A stretch of 64,000 nt of DNA from Paraspadella gotoi (lineage: Eukaryota; Animalia; Chaetognatha): contig CM119271.1 of NCBI GenBank assembly GCA_051294375.1, positions 10,477,811 to 10,541,810 of the forward strand, written 5' to 3'. The stretch's first letter is position 1. Each line of letters starts with the position of its first letter. Below the pieces are notes generated by a model. That model ran no database searches. It was not told the origin of the DNA and worked only from the letters and a program-made list of their open reading frames with translations. Positions 38,420-60,649 of this stretch are shown here, piece by piece. The position numbers and the translations under genes were made by a program.

Positions 38420-38880
38420 TGACAAGCATTGAAGAAATCATGTCTTACCGTATTTTTAACTCATAGAAATTTACATGGGAAGTTCTAGTGATAAGAAGGA
38501 GATAACTTGAGACTACCGTTTTTTTAAATGAAGAAAGCTTAGTACTAACCAATGAGATCAGAAATATGGTAATTATTGAAGTTCAGATTTCGTTGTCTAA
38601 AAGACACCGATTGTATGCGAAACCTTATGCGATACTGCCGCTGTACGGGGTTGTAGATGATTGTCTTCCCATGTCAAACCTCTTAAATCAAATTTGCATA
38701 TTGAATGTTCGAATTGAAAGCACGTGCGATACAGCTCTTGTTCAATCTTGACTCTTAACAAGTTATAACTTTGAGGATAATGCGCTGAGTCGGCTAACTT
38801 CTTTAACCCCCTCTAGCAGCTAGCGATTCACTGCTAAATAAGTCATGCTTATAAGCGTTTGGGTATAGATTTTTGGACAG
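38420..38880 (+). pseudogene. Possible highly decayed non-LTR (CR1/L2-like) RT C-terminal fragment
   Basis: Broken frames resemble LINE thumb motifs (LNEESLVLTNEIR; RYC..V.GC; LTSLTPLA), with many stops. Weak. Confidence 0.25.
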
Positions 38881-38959
38881 TGTAACTCAAATTTGAAGGG
38901 TGGTCACGGATCAGTGGCGAATTCTTAGGTAAAAAGGTCATTACAAGTATTTTACTTCT

Positions 38960-39200
38960 GTCACGAATCAGCGAGAGGCTTTGGAAAAGGAGCAGTGGGT
39001 TGAAGAATGCTATCCGCAACATCTTTTACCCTCTCAAACAGACATGGAACGGGTCTTGGAAGCCGGCTTGAGAGTATTCTACGCCCCCAAGGCGGCTTAC
39101 GGCCGTCATCACGCTTCGCGCAGGTTTGGTAGCGGGTTGGGATTGAACCCAGTACCTAGTGGACAAGAGCTGATGGCTTTACATAATGAGCCAGCGCGTC
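38960..39200 (-). mobile_element. tRNA-derived SINE (head ~39200-39131)
   Basis: Minus strand GCGCTGGCTCATTATGTAAAGCC (A box)...GGTACTGGGTTCAATCCC (B box); cloverleaf imperfect; body boundary approximate. Confidence 0.6.
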
Positions 39201-39925
39201 ACAACTGACGATGTTATGCTTATAGGCGGGGTGAACTTAGGCAATGCCCAATATCGTACATATTGGTGAACCCTAAAAAAAAAGAAAAAAGGTAGCATAG
39301 CAGTCTCACCAAAAGTGAAACCGGATCGGAGGATCGGGCAATCGCCGCCAGAATGGAATCGCCCAATGCTGAATGGCCGAGCTGGAACCGGAATCGACAT
39401 TTTTATTCTGATATTTCACTCCCTTCTCCATTATAAAAATAAACTAATACAATTATTTTTACCTTCACGTTTACCTCATTTTTTGGGATCATCGCAACTC
39501 TTTTGTATCACTGCGCGGTTTTAATCTCCGACATCAATCCAATGCAATGCTGGGATCGAACCAAAACGTGACTTCCGCTAAAATATGGTTGGAAGCAAAA
39601 AATGTTGGACGTCGGAAGTTATCGGAATTTTTTTTTTCCGCGTTCCCTATTTTTATAATCATTTTGTCGGTCCGTCGGTCCGCCCCCTCAATCTTGTCGG
39701 GCACTCAATTATATATATTTTTATATTGGTTGTACCAATTTCATATCATGTCAGAACATCTAATTATGATACTCTGGGAGTGAATAAACGAGACTGTGAG
39801 AGAGTCTTGATTGAAAGCTTGCAGGGACCTGCTATGTCATTATCTTGTAAGAGTGATGGAGGCCTTAAACCACCAAAGCCTGTCCAAAGTCAGGGGCAAG
39901 ATAGCTTATTTATTAAATGAATGGA

Positions 39926-40510
39926 TAATTTTTATATTGGTTGTACCAATTTCATATTATGCAAAAAAAAATTATGTCCGTCCGTCCGTCTGTCTGTCCG
40001 TCCGACCGTCCCACCTTAGCAAAAAAACACCAATTACTCGTAATTGGATTGATGGATTGGAATGAAATTTTGTTTGTGGGTAGGGAAGTGTGTGATTGAG
40101 CTGGATATGAAGTTTCGATGGAATCGTCCGAGTGGAAATGAGTTTAAATGGAAAAAACCAAAAAAAATATTTCACTATTTGAACACCAATTGCTCATGAG
40201 TGGATGGGGCGATTGATATGAAATTTTGTATGTGGGTAGGAAAGTGTGTGATTAAGCTGGAAATCAAGTTTCGATGGAATCGTCCGAGTGGAAATGAGTT
40301 TAAATGTAAAAACACAAAAAACCTGTTTCACTAATTGATTAATAATCAATTAGTGAAACAGATTTTTTGTGTTTTTACATTTAAACTCATTTTGCTTCTT
40401 TTTCTTTTTATATTAAATGTAAATGCATTAATTAATTGATTAATTAATTAATATTAATTAATTAATTAATGATCGTGGGCAGATCCGACATTGTTTGCTC
40501 AAACTTGTTC
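39926..40510 (+). mobile_element. DINE-1/HINE-like element, copy B, with internal core duplication and palindrome
   Basis: tttttatattggttgtaccaatttcatat start (also at ~39717), (GTCC)n, and two tandem core copies (~40028-40175, ~40185-40330); a further fragment is on the minus strand at ~54024-54070. Confidence 0.6.
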
Positions 40511-41499
40511 TCGTAATAATCGATCGTAAGAAATGATAATTATGATGATGATGATGTTGTTTCTATTGTTTAAAAAAAAACGTTTCAGAATGAAACTGAT
40601 CATGTCCATTGTCCAACTTGAATCAACGATATTGCCTGTGATACGCGGATGCGTCGACCGAGGGTCCGATGTTCCGACCGTCAATAAGCTAGGGACTTTA
40701 CGAAGAAAATCGACATGAGCCGCAGTGTATCCATCCTTGCCGAATGACCCGAAATTAAGAACGCGTATTACGTTATGGTCGCGTACAAAACTTAATACAT
40801 CGACAATCTTGGAAGCTTCTACGAATCTACAGTGTGATTTTTCTCAATTGTAACATTTCCTGTGGCGATATCTCAATTCTGATAAGTGTTTAGTATTAAC
40901 TTCTTTGCCCGCCCAACTCATCATACATATTTACGTCAACGCCCAGCTCAGTCTTGCTTTTGCTTCTAATCCTCGACGGAAGTACGAAGCAGCATGACCC
41001 CAGAACGACTTTTCAAGCAGACGCCTTTCAATGACCCACAAACACCAGAAAATTAACGCCTTTCAAATTTCTAGGATCGGAATAGACCAAAAACGATTTT
41101 GTGTACGTAAACGTAAATGTAAATCTGACAATGTTGCCGCTAGGAGTCGCAAAGTAGCTAAATTTTAAAGTTCACGATGTTGCTTCTGTTGTTGTTGTTG
41201 TTAAGATTATTTTCCGGCATCGTTGTCGTTGTCGGTGGCAAATTGTTGTTGTTGTTATCGCCTTTTTTAAACTCCATTTATAAATACTGATAAAATTAAT
41301 ACAAAATATACAAATATTGTCATTCGTCAAAATATTTGAATTTTTTATATGTACTTACGTAGGTAGCAAAGTGTAGAGCTTTAGAATTTTTATATTTTTT
41401 TAAGAATTAATGATAGTTTTTGATAAACTTAAAATGTTATTCCTTACAATTTTTTAAAGAAAATCTGTGTCGTTTCTTTCCCCATTCAAAAAGTAAGTC

Positions 41500-41736
41500 T
41501 AAAGAGCGGACCAATCGCAGGCAAGTATGTTCAATCTCTTCTCTAATTGGCTCTCACTGACGCCGAAGTTTTCCCGCCAAAATAGTTTCGAGTCAATGTC
41601 TGACAACTCTTGATAATGAATAATCAGTTGTTGAAGCCGATTTCATCTGAGGCCTTATAAATTGTAGCTCCGTGGATGGTTTTAGTACGTATATTATAAT
41701 TAACTACGTAACATCTTCAATTCGGGGAAAGTAAGT
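41500..41736 (+). promoter_or_regulatory. Candidate promoter and non-coding first exon of the orphan gene
   Basis: CCAAT boxes (~41511, ~41546), TATAAA at ~41656, donor GTAAGT at 41731 and acceptor CAG at 41806-41808 one base before the ATG. Confidence 0.5.
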
Positions 41737-41809
41737 ATACCGTGACTTTTAGTTTCGTGCTTTGAATATTTAAGTTTTATTAATTTTAAATCCACTTTCT
41801 TGCATCAGA

Positions 41810-44510
41810 ATGCCGTCCCCACTTCTGCTCATCGTTCTCATCTCCCTTACCTCGCGAACTCACCCGGCTACCGCCGATGATTGCCCGAGTCCCCACAACG
41901 ATTTCACCGAAGCCTACTTGTCTTACGTCGGCGCTCCGGGTACGCAGCTTGGTCGGCCCTGGAACGATTCCGATTATTACGAGACCAACGCCAATATTCC
42001 GCAGCTGCCGCTTCTCCACGGCTTCGTGGGCACCGCTGGTAAGGCTTCTCCAACTATTTTGTAATCGGGAATAACCTTACCTTCGATTCTTATTCTCGAT
42101 ACCAGGAACTTATCGATTCATGGGCGTCCTCAGCCAAACCATGATCATGATCGGCGAGCCTAAGCACGGCCTTTGGCGTTATCAGGAAAACGGATTCGTT
42201 CGCGAATATAGGAAGAACGCTATGGTGGGGATTTCGGCCGACGTTGATCCTAATAACATCACGGACCTTACGCAGGTATGAAAATGTTAATTAATTGGAT
42301 ACTCTTAGCTCTGACTTAACGTTTTGATTCGATCCCAAGATAAGGACAGGACCCGACTCTGCAAACTTTGATCAGTTTTCTTAATCGAAATTTTCACCCG
42401 CAGGCAAATTATAACAAAATCGTCAACAATTACGATAACTACATTCCCGAAGAGGGTATTAAAGGATACAAGTACCCCGACCAAGAGGAAACCCAGGGCT
42501 GTACTCCGATGCTCAATTTTATCGGTACGGGTCACGTCTTCACTAAAACGTCCTCTGTATAAATTCTAAACCCTTATCTTTTTGTCAGATCTCACGATCT
42601 ATCACCCGAAATACGGCAACAAATACCACGCCCATCCCCCGATCGATCTGCCCATTTACTATTGCCTCGTCTCGCAATACGATTATCCCTACTTGTTCGA
42701 CATCTGGAAATACGTGATCGCTCAGAATCACGCCAACATTATCGGAGAGCTGGGAATTCGAGCGGGTGAGGTTTTTTTTTATAAGTTAAATTTTCGTTAC
42801 CCTACTTTTTAAAAACCTTAACCTTTTCGTTTCAGGTCTGGACATTAAAGAAAACTACCGCGACGTGGTCCGCCTCTATTATTTCCCCGATGCTTCCATC
42901 TGGGCCAACGTTGGCGTGGGAGACAACGAGACTGACTTTCCGCGAACGACGCTGGGCGAAATTAACGGGACCGCGCAAACTATCAACTATCAGTGAGCCA
43001 CGCCCACTGACTTAAAATTCCCCTCTCACATTTACAATCTCTTCTCTTCTCACAACAGGCGAGTGGACCTCTCCAAGACAAACTACGAATTTTACATCGT
43101 CGATAAGATAATGTACAACCAGCCGACGGTCAACTTGATTCTCGTTATGGAGAACGGCTTTGGTAATTACTCTCACTCGTACGTCCGTCCCGAAGGGTAA
43201 GTTAGCTGTTTTGAGATATAATTTAACGGGATTTAATAACCTTTTTCCTAACCTCCCCCACAGCCATTACTGGGAAAACCTCTTACACTTCAACCCCAAC
43301 GCCTCTTTCAATTTCAACACCATCGAGGACAACTTCCCTCAAGTCTGGATCGACGGCGAAGTTGAACCCCAAAGAGCCAAAGGTCTGCCAGTCTACGGAC
43401 ACGCCCATCCGGATCGTAACGAGTTCGGTCTTGGGGGCGGCGCATGCCCGAACATGGGCGGCGACATGGCTTATTACCCTTGGGGAGTAACGGGCGGCGC
43501 TTTCGGCACGGCGTATCAGGTAATTCTGTTAATTTTAACTTTATTTAACAAATGTTACCTCGCCGGTCATTCTTTTAACTTAACCGGCCAGTTCTTTCCA
43601 CGGTCTAATCGCTTGTACGAGTTTTCTTTTTGCCGTTTATTAGAGAAACGAATCGTTGATAAACTATTTTGTAAGTCACATCTTTCAAATCACAACTTTA
43701 GTTTTCACGTTTGTAATTTCTCATTTTTAACCACATTATTCACGATTTATCCTCACGAAAATACAGACAATATTCTGCATCAGTTAGCCCATGTTAAAAC
43801 ATTCTTTCGGGCGGCCGACGCCTGGAACGCTCGACCTAGCGGGCATGAATCCTCGAAAATTTTCAGCACCATTGGTTTACAAGTTTTAATTGATTAATCC
43901 GCCAAGTAGGGTTAATTCACAAATTTCACTTACCCTGAACTAAATTCCATCTCGAAATACCTTCTTCCGCCAGGAAATAACGACGATCTGCGACGCCATC
44001 TTGCTCGATGTCAAATTCTGGTGCAACTTGGCCGTCGAGACTTGGGCCGATTCGTCTCTCAACGTCGGCAACTCTGCTTTCGACGCGGAGCAGATTGATT
44101 ACGTCATGGACAGGAATATGTAAGTTCGGAATTTTAAGTTATTGCCATTTTCGGGGTCATTCTTTTCATTTCCTACTTCCCTCCCACCCGACCATTTTAG
44201 GTACGGCTTCTACACCGACCCTTACCTCACGTCCAACAACGTGACCAATCCTTACGCCAGCGATTTAACCGGCGAAGGACGAATCATTAACCCGGACTCT
44301 GATAAACTCGACACGCTCACTATTCCGCTTAACTTTACCAGAAAGGGAAAGATTATTCCCTACGTCGAAGTACCCGACTTACCCAGGTAAGTTTTTAACT
44401 GATAACTTTTTCCTTACCTTTTTTTAATTTAATTCTCCATTTTTTCCAGTGGAGTGGGCGGCCCGCGAAGCCCTGCCTACGACCCTCCATCGGGTCCACG
44501 CGTCAACTAA
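41810..44510 (+). CDS. Uncharacterised secreted glycoprotein, ~546 aa; exons 41810-42038, 42106-42275, 42404-42524, 42589-42765, 42836-42992, 43059-43196, 43264-43519, 43974-44119, 44201-44386, 44450-44510
   Basis: Ten GT-AG-bounded exons join into one stop-free 1641-nt frame; signal peptide MPSPLLLIVLISLTSRTHPATA|DD; multiple N-x-S/T sequons; no family recognised. Confidence 0.85.
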
Positions 44511-46297
44511 ATGCTTTATCTTCAAGACAACCACGCTACTTAGCTTTTTTTGCCTGGAAGTATTTTATCCATTTTAGTCATTAGCTTTTTATGATGTACA
44601 ATGTTTTATATGGCCTTGTATTTACATTCATTTAATACATTTTTATACACTCACGTCGCCTTTTTAATTACGTTTGTCAAGATTAGAACTGATCATGCAG
44701 ATACACAACTTTTTCAACGTTCGAATGAAAATATCACTTACTAAGTTGCTGAGTCCCTTGTCTGGGACTCAAATCTGTCCTAACTCAAAAACAAATTATT
44801 TGAATGATCGAACAATGATATTTAGATGTGAGATAGTATGATTGACTAGTACAAAAATTTTGTTCATATTATGTTGAACAATAAAATATAATATTTGTAA
44901 TATCCTAATAAAATAATAAATTTTAAAAATAATTTTTATAAAGCTTAATAAAGATTCAGATTCTTCATAAAAAGTTTGAATCAAAAATATAAAACATGTT
45001 ATCAAAAATTCTGTCATCTTCAATGTTTAAAATAAAGGTAAAAATTCCTGACTTTTTTATTCTCTGTAGTAATTTATATATGTTAAAACGTTTTAATCAT
45101 TTTTTATGATCTAAACATTAAAATATCTTAACATATTTATTAAAGTTTTTTAATTTTTTATAGCGAATCCAAATCAGTTCTTAAAAATAAAAATTATTTT
45201 TTGAAATTTAACGATTTTATAAGGATATTATTACATAAATAATTAAATTTGCTATACTGTTATGCTAAAAATTTTAAAAGGATTTAAAATTCATTATATC
45301 CATAGGCAGCAAAAAAATGTTCAATCACTCAATCTTTTCATCATTCCACCCTACTACCTATCTCTGAAGTCCGCCACTACAACTGATTCAAATGTTCGGT
45401 CATAAAATTAACAAGTCAAAGCCTTCTGCAGTCTCCCGAACAAAAAGCTAACGTGACGGGCAAACTGATAAAGAATCTAAATTGTAATGGCCACTGCCGG
45501 GGCATATCGAAGACTATCTCACTTTTCCGACACAGGGCCATCATAAGGATTAGACGGAACAGTTTGAGTGCACTCCCCCTCTCGGTTGGCGTAATAGTAT
45601 AAATTTTTATTAAACTTAAGTTTCGGACATGTTGTGGCTTCAACGTGAGCTTTCATCAGCGCACAAACGACTTGACTTGTGAAACAAATATTTTTACAGA
45701 CTTTCTTCAAGTTTTTAAATATTTTTAATTAAAATAAATATTCTCATAACGGTCCACCTCGCCACGAAATGCCCTTTTGTTCGCGATAGTCGATAGATCG
45801 CGAGGTGGACCGATATAGAATTAATATTCCATAAAGAAATTAAAAATGTTTGTTATATTTTTTCAACGGTTTGCAATTGGGTTAGGGTTGGTTAGGGGAG
45901 GTTTTCAAATGAAATTTGTAAGTTTTTTTTTACCTTTATCAATATTTTCTTTTGCGTAGCGAGATTTCTATACGTCGCCCATAAATAGCGATAAATAAAT
46001 GACCGACCGCGAAATTCTGGTCGGGGAATAATAAACCAACTATTAGACCACCAGACACTGTCATTAACTCTGGCCTCCCGTTTCATAAATGAAGAGGCGA
46101 AAAAAGTGTTCGAACTTTAAAAAAAAACCGGCCGTTATTTTCCAAGCTTATATTTAACTGTTAAACATTTTATAAAGCCTCATAAGTTGACCGAGGCGTA
46201 TAACTTCAAAATATTTTCTTTTTATAACCATTTCATAATATCGAGAGTTTAGCCTCTGCTCTTTTTTTTATTTCCCTAATAACGGCCATCTTCCAAG

Positions 46298-55031
<8,734 letters not shown>

Positions 55032-56618
55032 TGGAGTCGCGCCGGTTGGAGCCGACGGGAATCCGAGCAACGAGGTGCAAAATTCCAAGTAATAAAAAAC
55101 ATTTTAAACCAAAATATTTTTGAAAGAAGATTCTTTTGATATTTTTGATACATTAGCGAAAATATTTAGCGATTACTGAATTGTGAGATTCTTGAATTTT
55201 ATTAGCATGTAATCAATGTGTAGATATTAAAATTGTACCTGTTTTATTAATGCAAATATACATAAGAACGAATTGGAAAAAAAATATTTTGTTTTTTTTT
55301 CTCGTGTTCCGCGCTTTTTTCTGGTGAGGAGAAGGTTAAAACCAAGAGTTTCTGTCATTTAATTAATCAACAAAATAGCAAGGGCTAAGTTTTTTTTTTA
55401 TCCCCCTTTGCTTTGAAGGAAAAATCAAACTATAAATAAAATATTAATTCATAGATGCTCTTCCGTCGCAGACGCTTATTTTGGCTTAATCGTGCTAGTT
55501 AGAAATACATAGATAGTTAAAAAAAAAAAACAAGCCTTATGATTACGTCACTACAATTTTATCTTTCGCAACGCCCAGTCACGAAAATCGTTAATTGTTA
55601 ACCGATACATTACTGTAATTACCAAATTAGTTCCAAATATATTTCATTTGGAATGATCACTCAATTTCTCTATTAAAAATTTTCGTTGTAATAATCATGG
55701 AGTTTAGAGAATAAATACAATTAACTGTCGACGTCAATATTTGTCCCTAATTTCATTATTTAGAAAATTAAAACATTTTTCTTTCCAAACAAAGAACAAG
55801 AAAAGTGTGCAATAGGGAAGTAGTTTTAGCTCCGGATCGTAAAAAGTAATAATTTTTGATTACTATAAATCCACCCGACTCCTAAAAACAAAATATTGGT
55901 TGAAATCACTTCGAACGCACGACATAAACTCGTTCCTTCGGCAAAAACTCATATTCGGTCTCAACGGAATTGGGTTATTTTTTTTTCCCTTCGTCTTTTT
56001 TTGAGCGATGACCAAAAGTAGGAAACCTTGCGTGTGGCATCGTCGCCGTCGTCGGCGTCGTCGTCGTCGTCGGCGTCTTTCGTCATAGAGTCCGATTAAC
56101 GATATTTTTTTTTGCGCCGCTAGTTTCGCTTTCACACTNNNNNNNNNNNNNNNNNNNNNNNNNNNNNNNNNNNNNNNNNNNNNNNNNNNNNNNNNNNNNN
56201 NNNNNNNNNNNNNNNNNNNNNNNNNNNNNNNTTTTTTTTCTTTTTCTTTCTCTTTTTCACTTTTTTTTTCTAACTCTATATTTTCCACTTTCTAGTTCTA
56301 CTTTTAGTTTTGCCGAGGATAAGAAATTTAATTCTTTTTCGCAAAACCTCTCTCTCATTTCTGTCATAAAGTAGTTCCTTTTTAGAAACCACAGTACAAT
56401 TAATCTAATCGCGGTACAATAAAACCATTAATCACCAACCATTTTACAAGACTAAACAATTTAAAGAATTTTTTTCTAAAATTCAAATCTAATTTTTTTT
56501 TTTTAGACAAAAAAAAATCATTATCGGGTTTGAACTGCGCATGACCTCCACGGTTTTGGTTGCAGCCTCAATCTTTAAAACCGCGCGAAAATTAAGTTTA
56601 AAACAATTTTAACTGAAT

Positions 56619-56693
<75 letters not shown>

Positions 56694-56840
56694 CTTCACG
56701 TATTCCTTCTTTCTTTCCTTTTCTGATTCGACCTGTATATTTCACCGTTTTGTTTCCCTTTTTTGGTTCTCAGTTCTCACTTTATGACTCGTCCCCACTG
56801 TAAATGTCATTGCTTCTCGTCCGTCGGTTCGCCGATTCTG

Positions 56841-56885
<45 letters not shown>

Positions 56886-58510
56886 TCTCTCTCTCCTCTC
56901 CTCTCTCTCTCTCTCTCTCTCTCTCATTTCACCTTTCTCAATCCAAACTACCAGGTTTTTTTCGCTCGTTTTTCTATAAAAGGACACCTCGCGATTTTTA
57001 TTTCCCGCATCTGCATTCTGATTGGTCGACTCGACTTTCTCGCGTTTCGATTGGCTCGATTTTCTCTGTTTGCATCGACCGATGACGTTAACGCGCGTTG
57101 ACGTTAATGTCACTACCAGAATAAAGGTTTTTTTTTCTGGGGGGGCGGCGGATACTTCTTTTTTTTTCTCTCACTCTCTCCGTTTCGTCGGGACATCGGG
57201 ATTCTTTGTTTTTCTTTATTCTTTGTTTTCTTTTTTCCAGTTCCTCTTTGTTTATCTTCGTCTCGTCTTTGTTCGTTTGAAAAAAAAATCGTTTTCATAT
57301 TCACCGCAAATCGTTTTGCTTTTATGGCCCAAAATTTTTATTTTCCTCACAAATGTCAAAACTTTCGATAAGCTTCGCATATCGCATCGTCAGAAACATT
57401 TACGTACATTAATTTTTTCGATCTTTTTCTTTTTTTTATTATTATTTTTTAAAATTTTATATCGATATATTTATTATTATTTTTTGGGGGCCCTTTTTTT
57501 TCTCTCTCGCAATCGTGATTCTTGTCATTCCTCATCAACATCGTCATCAATATTCTCTCTTTCTCCTCCGTTTTTTTCTCCCAATCTATTTTCGTTACCG
57601 ATTCCTTTGTTCTTTTGTCCGATTTTCTCTATTTAAAAAAAAAAAAAAGAAAGAAAGAAAGAAAGAAAAAAAAACCTGATTGAATCTCCACCCACCTTAT
57701 TTTCTTCCTCCTCCTTTTTTCTTTTCTTCTTTTTTTTTTTTCATCCGCAAATCCGATAAAAGAAATAAACCGAATTCTCTTTCAACTTGGAACGCCGGAT
57801 TGTTTCTTCGCGTCACGACTTTCGCGCGCCGGACTTTGAAACGACGGAATTCGGGGGATGGAATTTGTGGAAAAGTGGCCGTGCGGGTGTGGACGGGGGG
57901 TTGTGGGGTGGAAGCGGGGTGGGAGGAGGGAGTTGTGGGTTGGAAGCGGGGTAGTGGACGGGGGAGTTGTGGGTGGAAGCGGGCGTGTGGAGGAGGAGTT
58001 GTGGGTTGGAAGCGGCGTGTGGAACGTGGGAGACGGTTGTGTGCTGGAGAGCGATTTCGATTTGGTTTGGAGCGACGAATCGATAAAAAGTAAAATCGTA
58101 TAAACAAATCATTAAAATAGCAATAATTCCGTAAACAAAAATACTACGTTGGAACAGTGAAAAAAATTTCAAAGGCTCTTTTTTTAATAATAATTCTTTT
58201 AAAAAAGTACTAGGGTTATCATTCAGCACATGATGCACAACTCTGTCTTTGTTCAAACGTTAAGTAACCTTGAAACCTAGAGAAACAGCGGTAAACTTAC
58301 TCAAATCGGGGAAAAAAACTAATATTTATTCATTTTCTTTCGAATTAAAATTTAACCATTTAACATAATAAGTTTTAACATTAGGAATATTGTTATTGAT
58401 TCGATCACGAAGTAAGAACAAGACTTGTTCTGGAACTTTTCATTCGCCGCCACACTTTTCAATCTGAAAAGATCGAGAGTGTTTGGCGAAAATCGAGGGT
58501 TTGTTTTGAC

Positions 58511-58626
<116 letters not shown>

Positions 58627-58806
58627 CCCGGCCGGGCGGCCCTCAGACACAATTAGATTTTTTCAAAACTTATCACTTTCTATCTTCGATGCGATCGCTA
58701 AAAAGTGTAAACATTTTTCCGTTTGACGATCGGAAACGACGGTGATTGGTCAAATGGGCCTTGAGGGTTCACGGCCGTTGACCAATCGGAGATGATTATT
58801 ATAGAA

Positions 58807-58846
<40 letters not shown>

Positions 58847-60649
58847 AAAGAGAGAAAATCGCTTTGCTGGGATTCTCAAAAAAGATTTACTTTTTTCTCT
58901 CTTTTAACTTTAAAAAAAAAAAGATTTTATGCTACAAAAATAAAACTTGAGCCAAATATAAAGGTTTTCCTTCCCTGCGGAAGTTAAATCTTAAAACGTT
59001 GCCGATTTTTTTCGCTTCCAAATTTTCCGTTTTTAATTTTTTTTTTCATCTTTATACCGAAGGTCAGATAAATTTTTCATCGGCGGTAAAATTTTTCGCT
59101 CAACGGTGATTGGAAATCAAATTGGTTCAAACAGTATAATAGTTATCCATTCATTTAATAAATTAGCAATAATTGGTCAACCTGGAAAGACTCAATGGAT
59201 TACTAGTTAAACTATAACTCTATGCAGCAATAACCATTAACCAATAACCATTAACCATCCGTCTTTTATTAGATAACTTTAGGAAACTTAATCTTAAAAT
59301 AACACGAATTCAACTCATTTTTCGGACATCATCTTATTTTTGCAGATGAATTTCTAACTTGAAAATCTTCGTTGCTGGTCTCATTCTCAGGTTTCCAGGT
59401 CTTAAGATTTAAGAGATAACGTCGTAGTCCATGAGCTCGATTCTGATTGGCTGAGCCCAAGATGGCCACTCCTGATTGGTCGCGCCACGGTGTCGATCGC
59501 GGTTTCGATGAAGTGATCTTGTAACAGGTTCTTGAACTTGAGAGAGACGATACTCGATACTTATTTTTTCCAAACGGGAAAAACTTTCGATTTTTATTAT
59601 CCCGATGATAAGAAAACGAGTTTTTAACTCGCTCGCTTTGTTGTTCCTGCTCGTACCTGTCTGTTTGGCTAAATACACTATTAAAAGAGTAATATGGTGA
59701 TTATAATCAGTATTGTAAACCTCACGTAGTTTTGAGAGCTCAGGATGCCTTGGTACAATTTTGCCAAGGACAAAAAAGAGTTATCTCTCTCACCGGGCAA
59801 ACCAATCAATGACCAATGACCAATTTCGACCTTGCACATTGTGCAACGTGTAATATTCAATGAACATCCATCAGATTCAAATGTATAGCAATATTATTAA
59901 GTAACCTAAAAGAAACATACCATTTAAGTCTAGAACTGTTAAAGTAGTGAATAAGTTCGTATGCTGTTTCTACGAGAAAGAAACTGTGCGGAAAAACGAA
60001 ACAGGTTATAATGAGAAAGAATAAAAGAAAAAAAAGGAGAACCAATGCCTTTCTTATTTCTCTCGAAATTTGAAAGTCTGAAAGTGAAAAAAAAAACTTT
60101 TAAAATCTCGAATCTAATCGAAACCCCCCCCCCAAAAAAAAAAATCGTTTTTCTATAATTGAATTTTCGAAAGAAGTTTATTTTCCGGACGAGTGACACT
60201 AACGAGTTCGGAGAAAAAAACAAACAAAAGAATTCGTCCAAATTTAGTCGCGACTCGAGATTGGTCGGTCCGAACGTCCGTCCGTCCGTCCGTCCGTCGG
60301 CGCCCTTATTTTTATTTGTCGCGGAGTCAGAAAAAAGAACATGGGAAAATGTTGTAAAGCATTGTAACTTTTTTTTTTCTCTCACTTGTCCATCGGTTCG
60401 TCTGATCTTTTTATCGTCCGTCTAATTTTGAAACCGAAATTGAGATTCGGTCAATGAGTGGGTGACTCGAGATGACGGGTTATCAAAAAAAAAAGATATT
60501 AAAATAATCTTTAACTGAATAAATGAAAAAGTAAATAAAAGTCGTCGTTGTTGTGAAACAATTGAATCTTTCTTTTTATTCGCATTTCGGTTATTTTTTT
60601 CGCCAGTTTCTTTAAAACGAGAGATTCTAGCTGAAAAACCTAACCATGG

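Noticed and set aside
39131-39200. tRNA gene
   Set aside because: A and B boxes are present, but the acceptor and anticodon stems pair poorly and there is no terminator; treated as a SINE head.
56139-56231. N run and the ORF spanning it
   Set aside because: Assembly gap with no sequence information.
59409-59678. Minus-strand coding exon
   Set aside because: No recognisable domain or consistent splice partners; the GC content is explained by promoter-type motifs.
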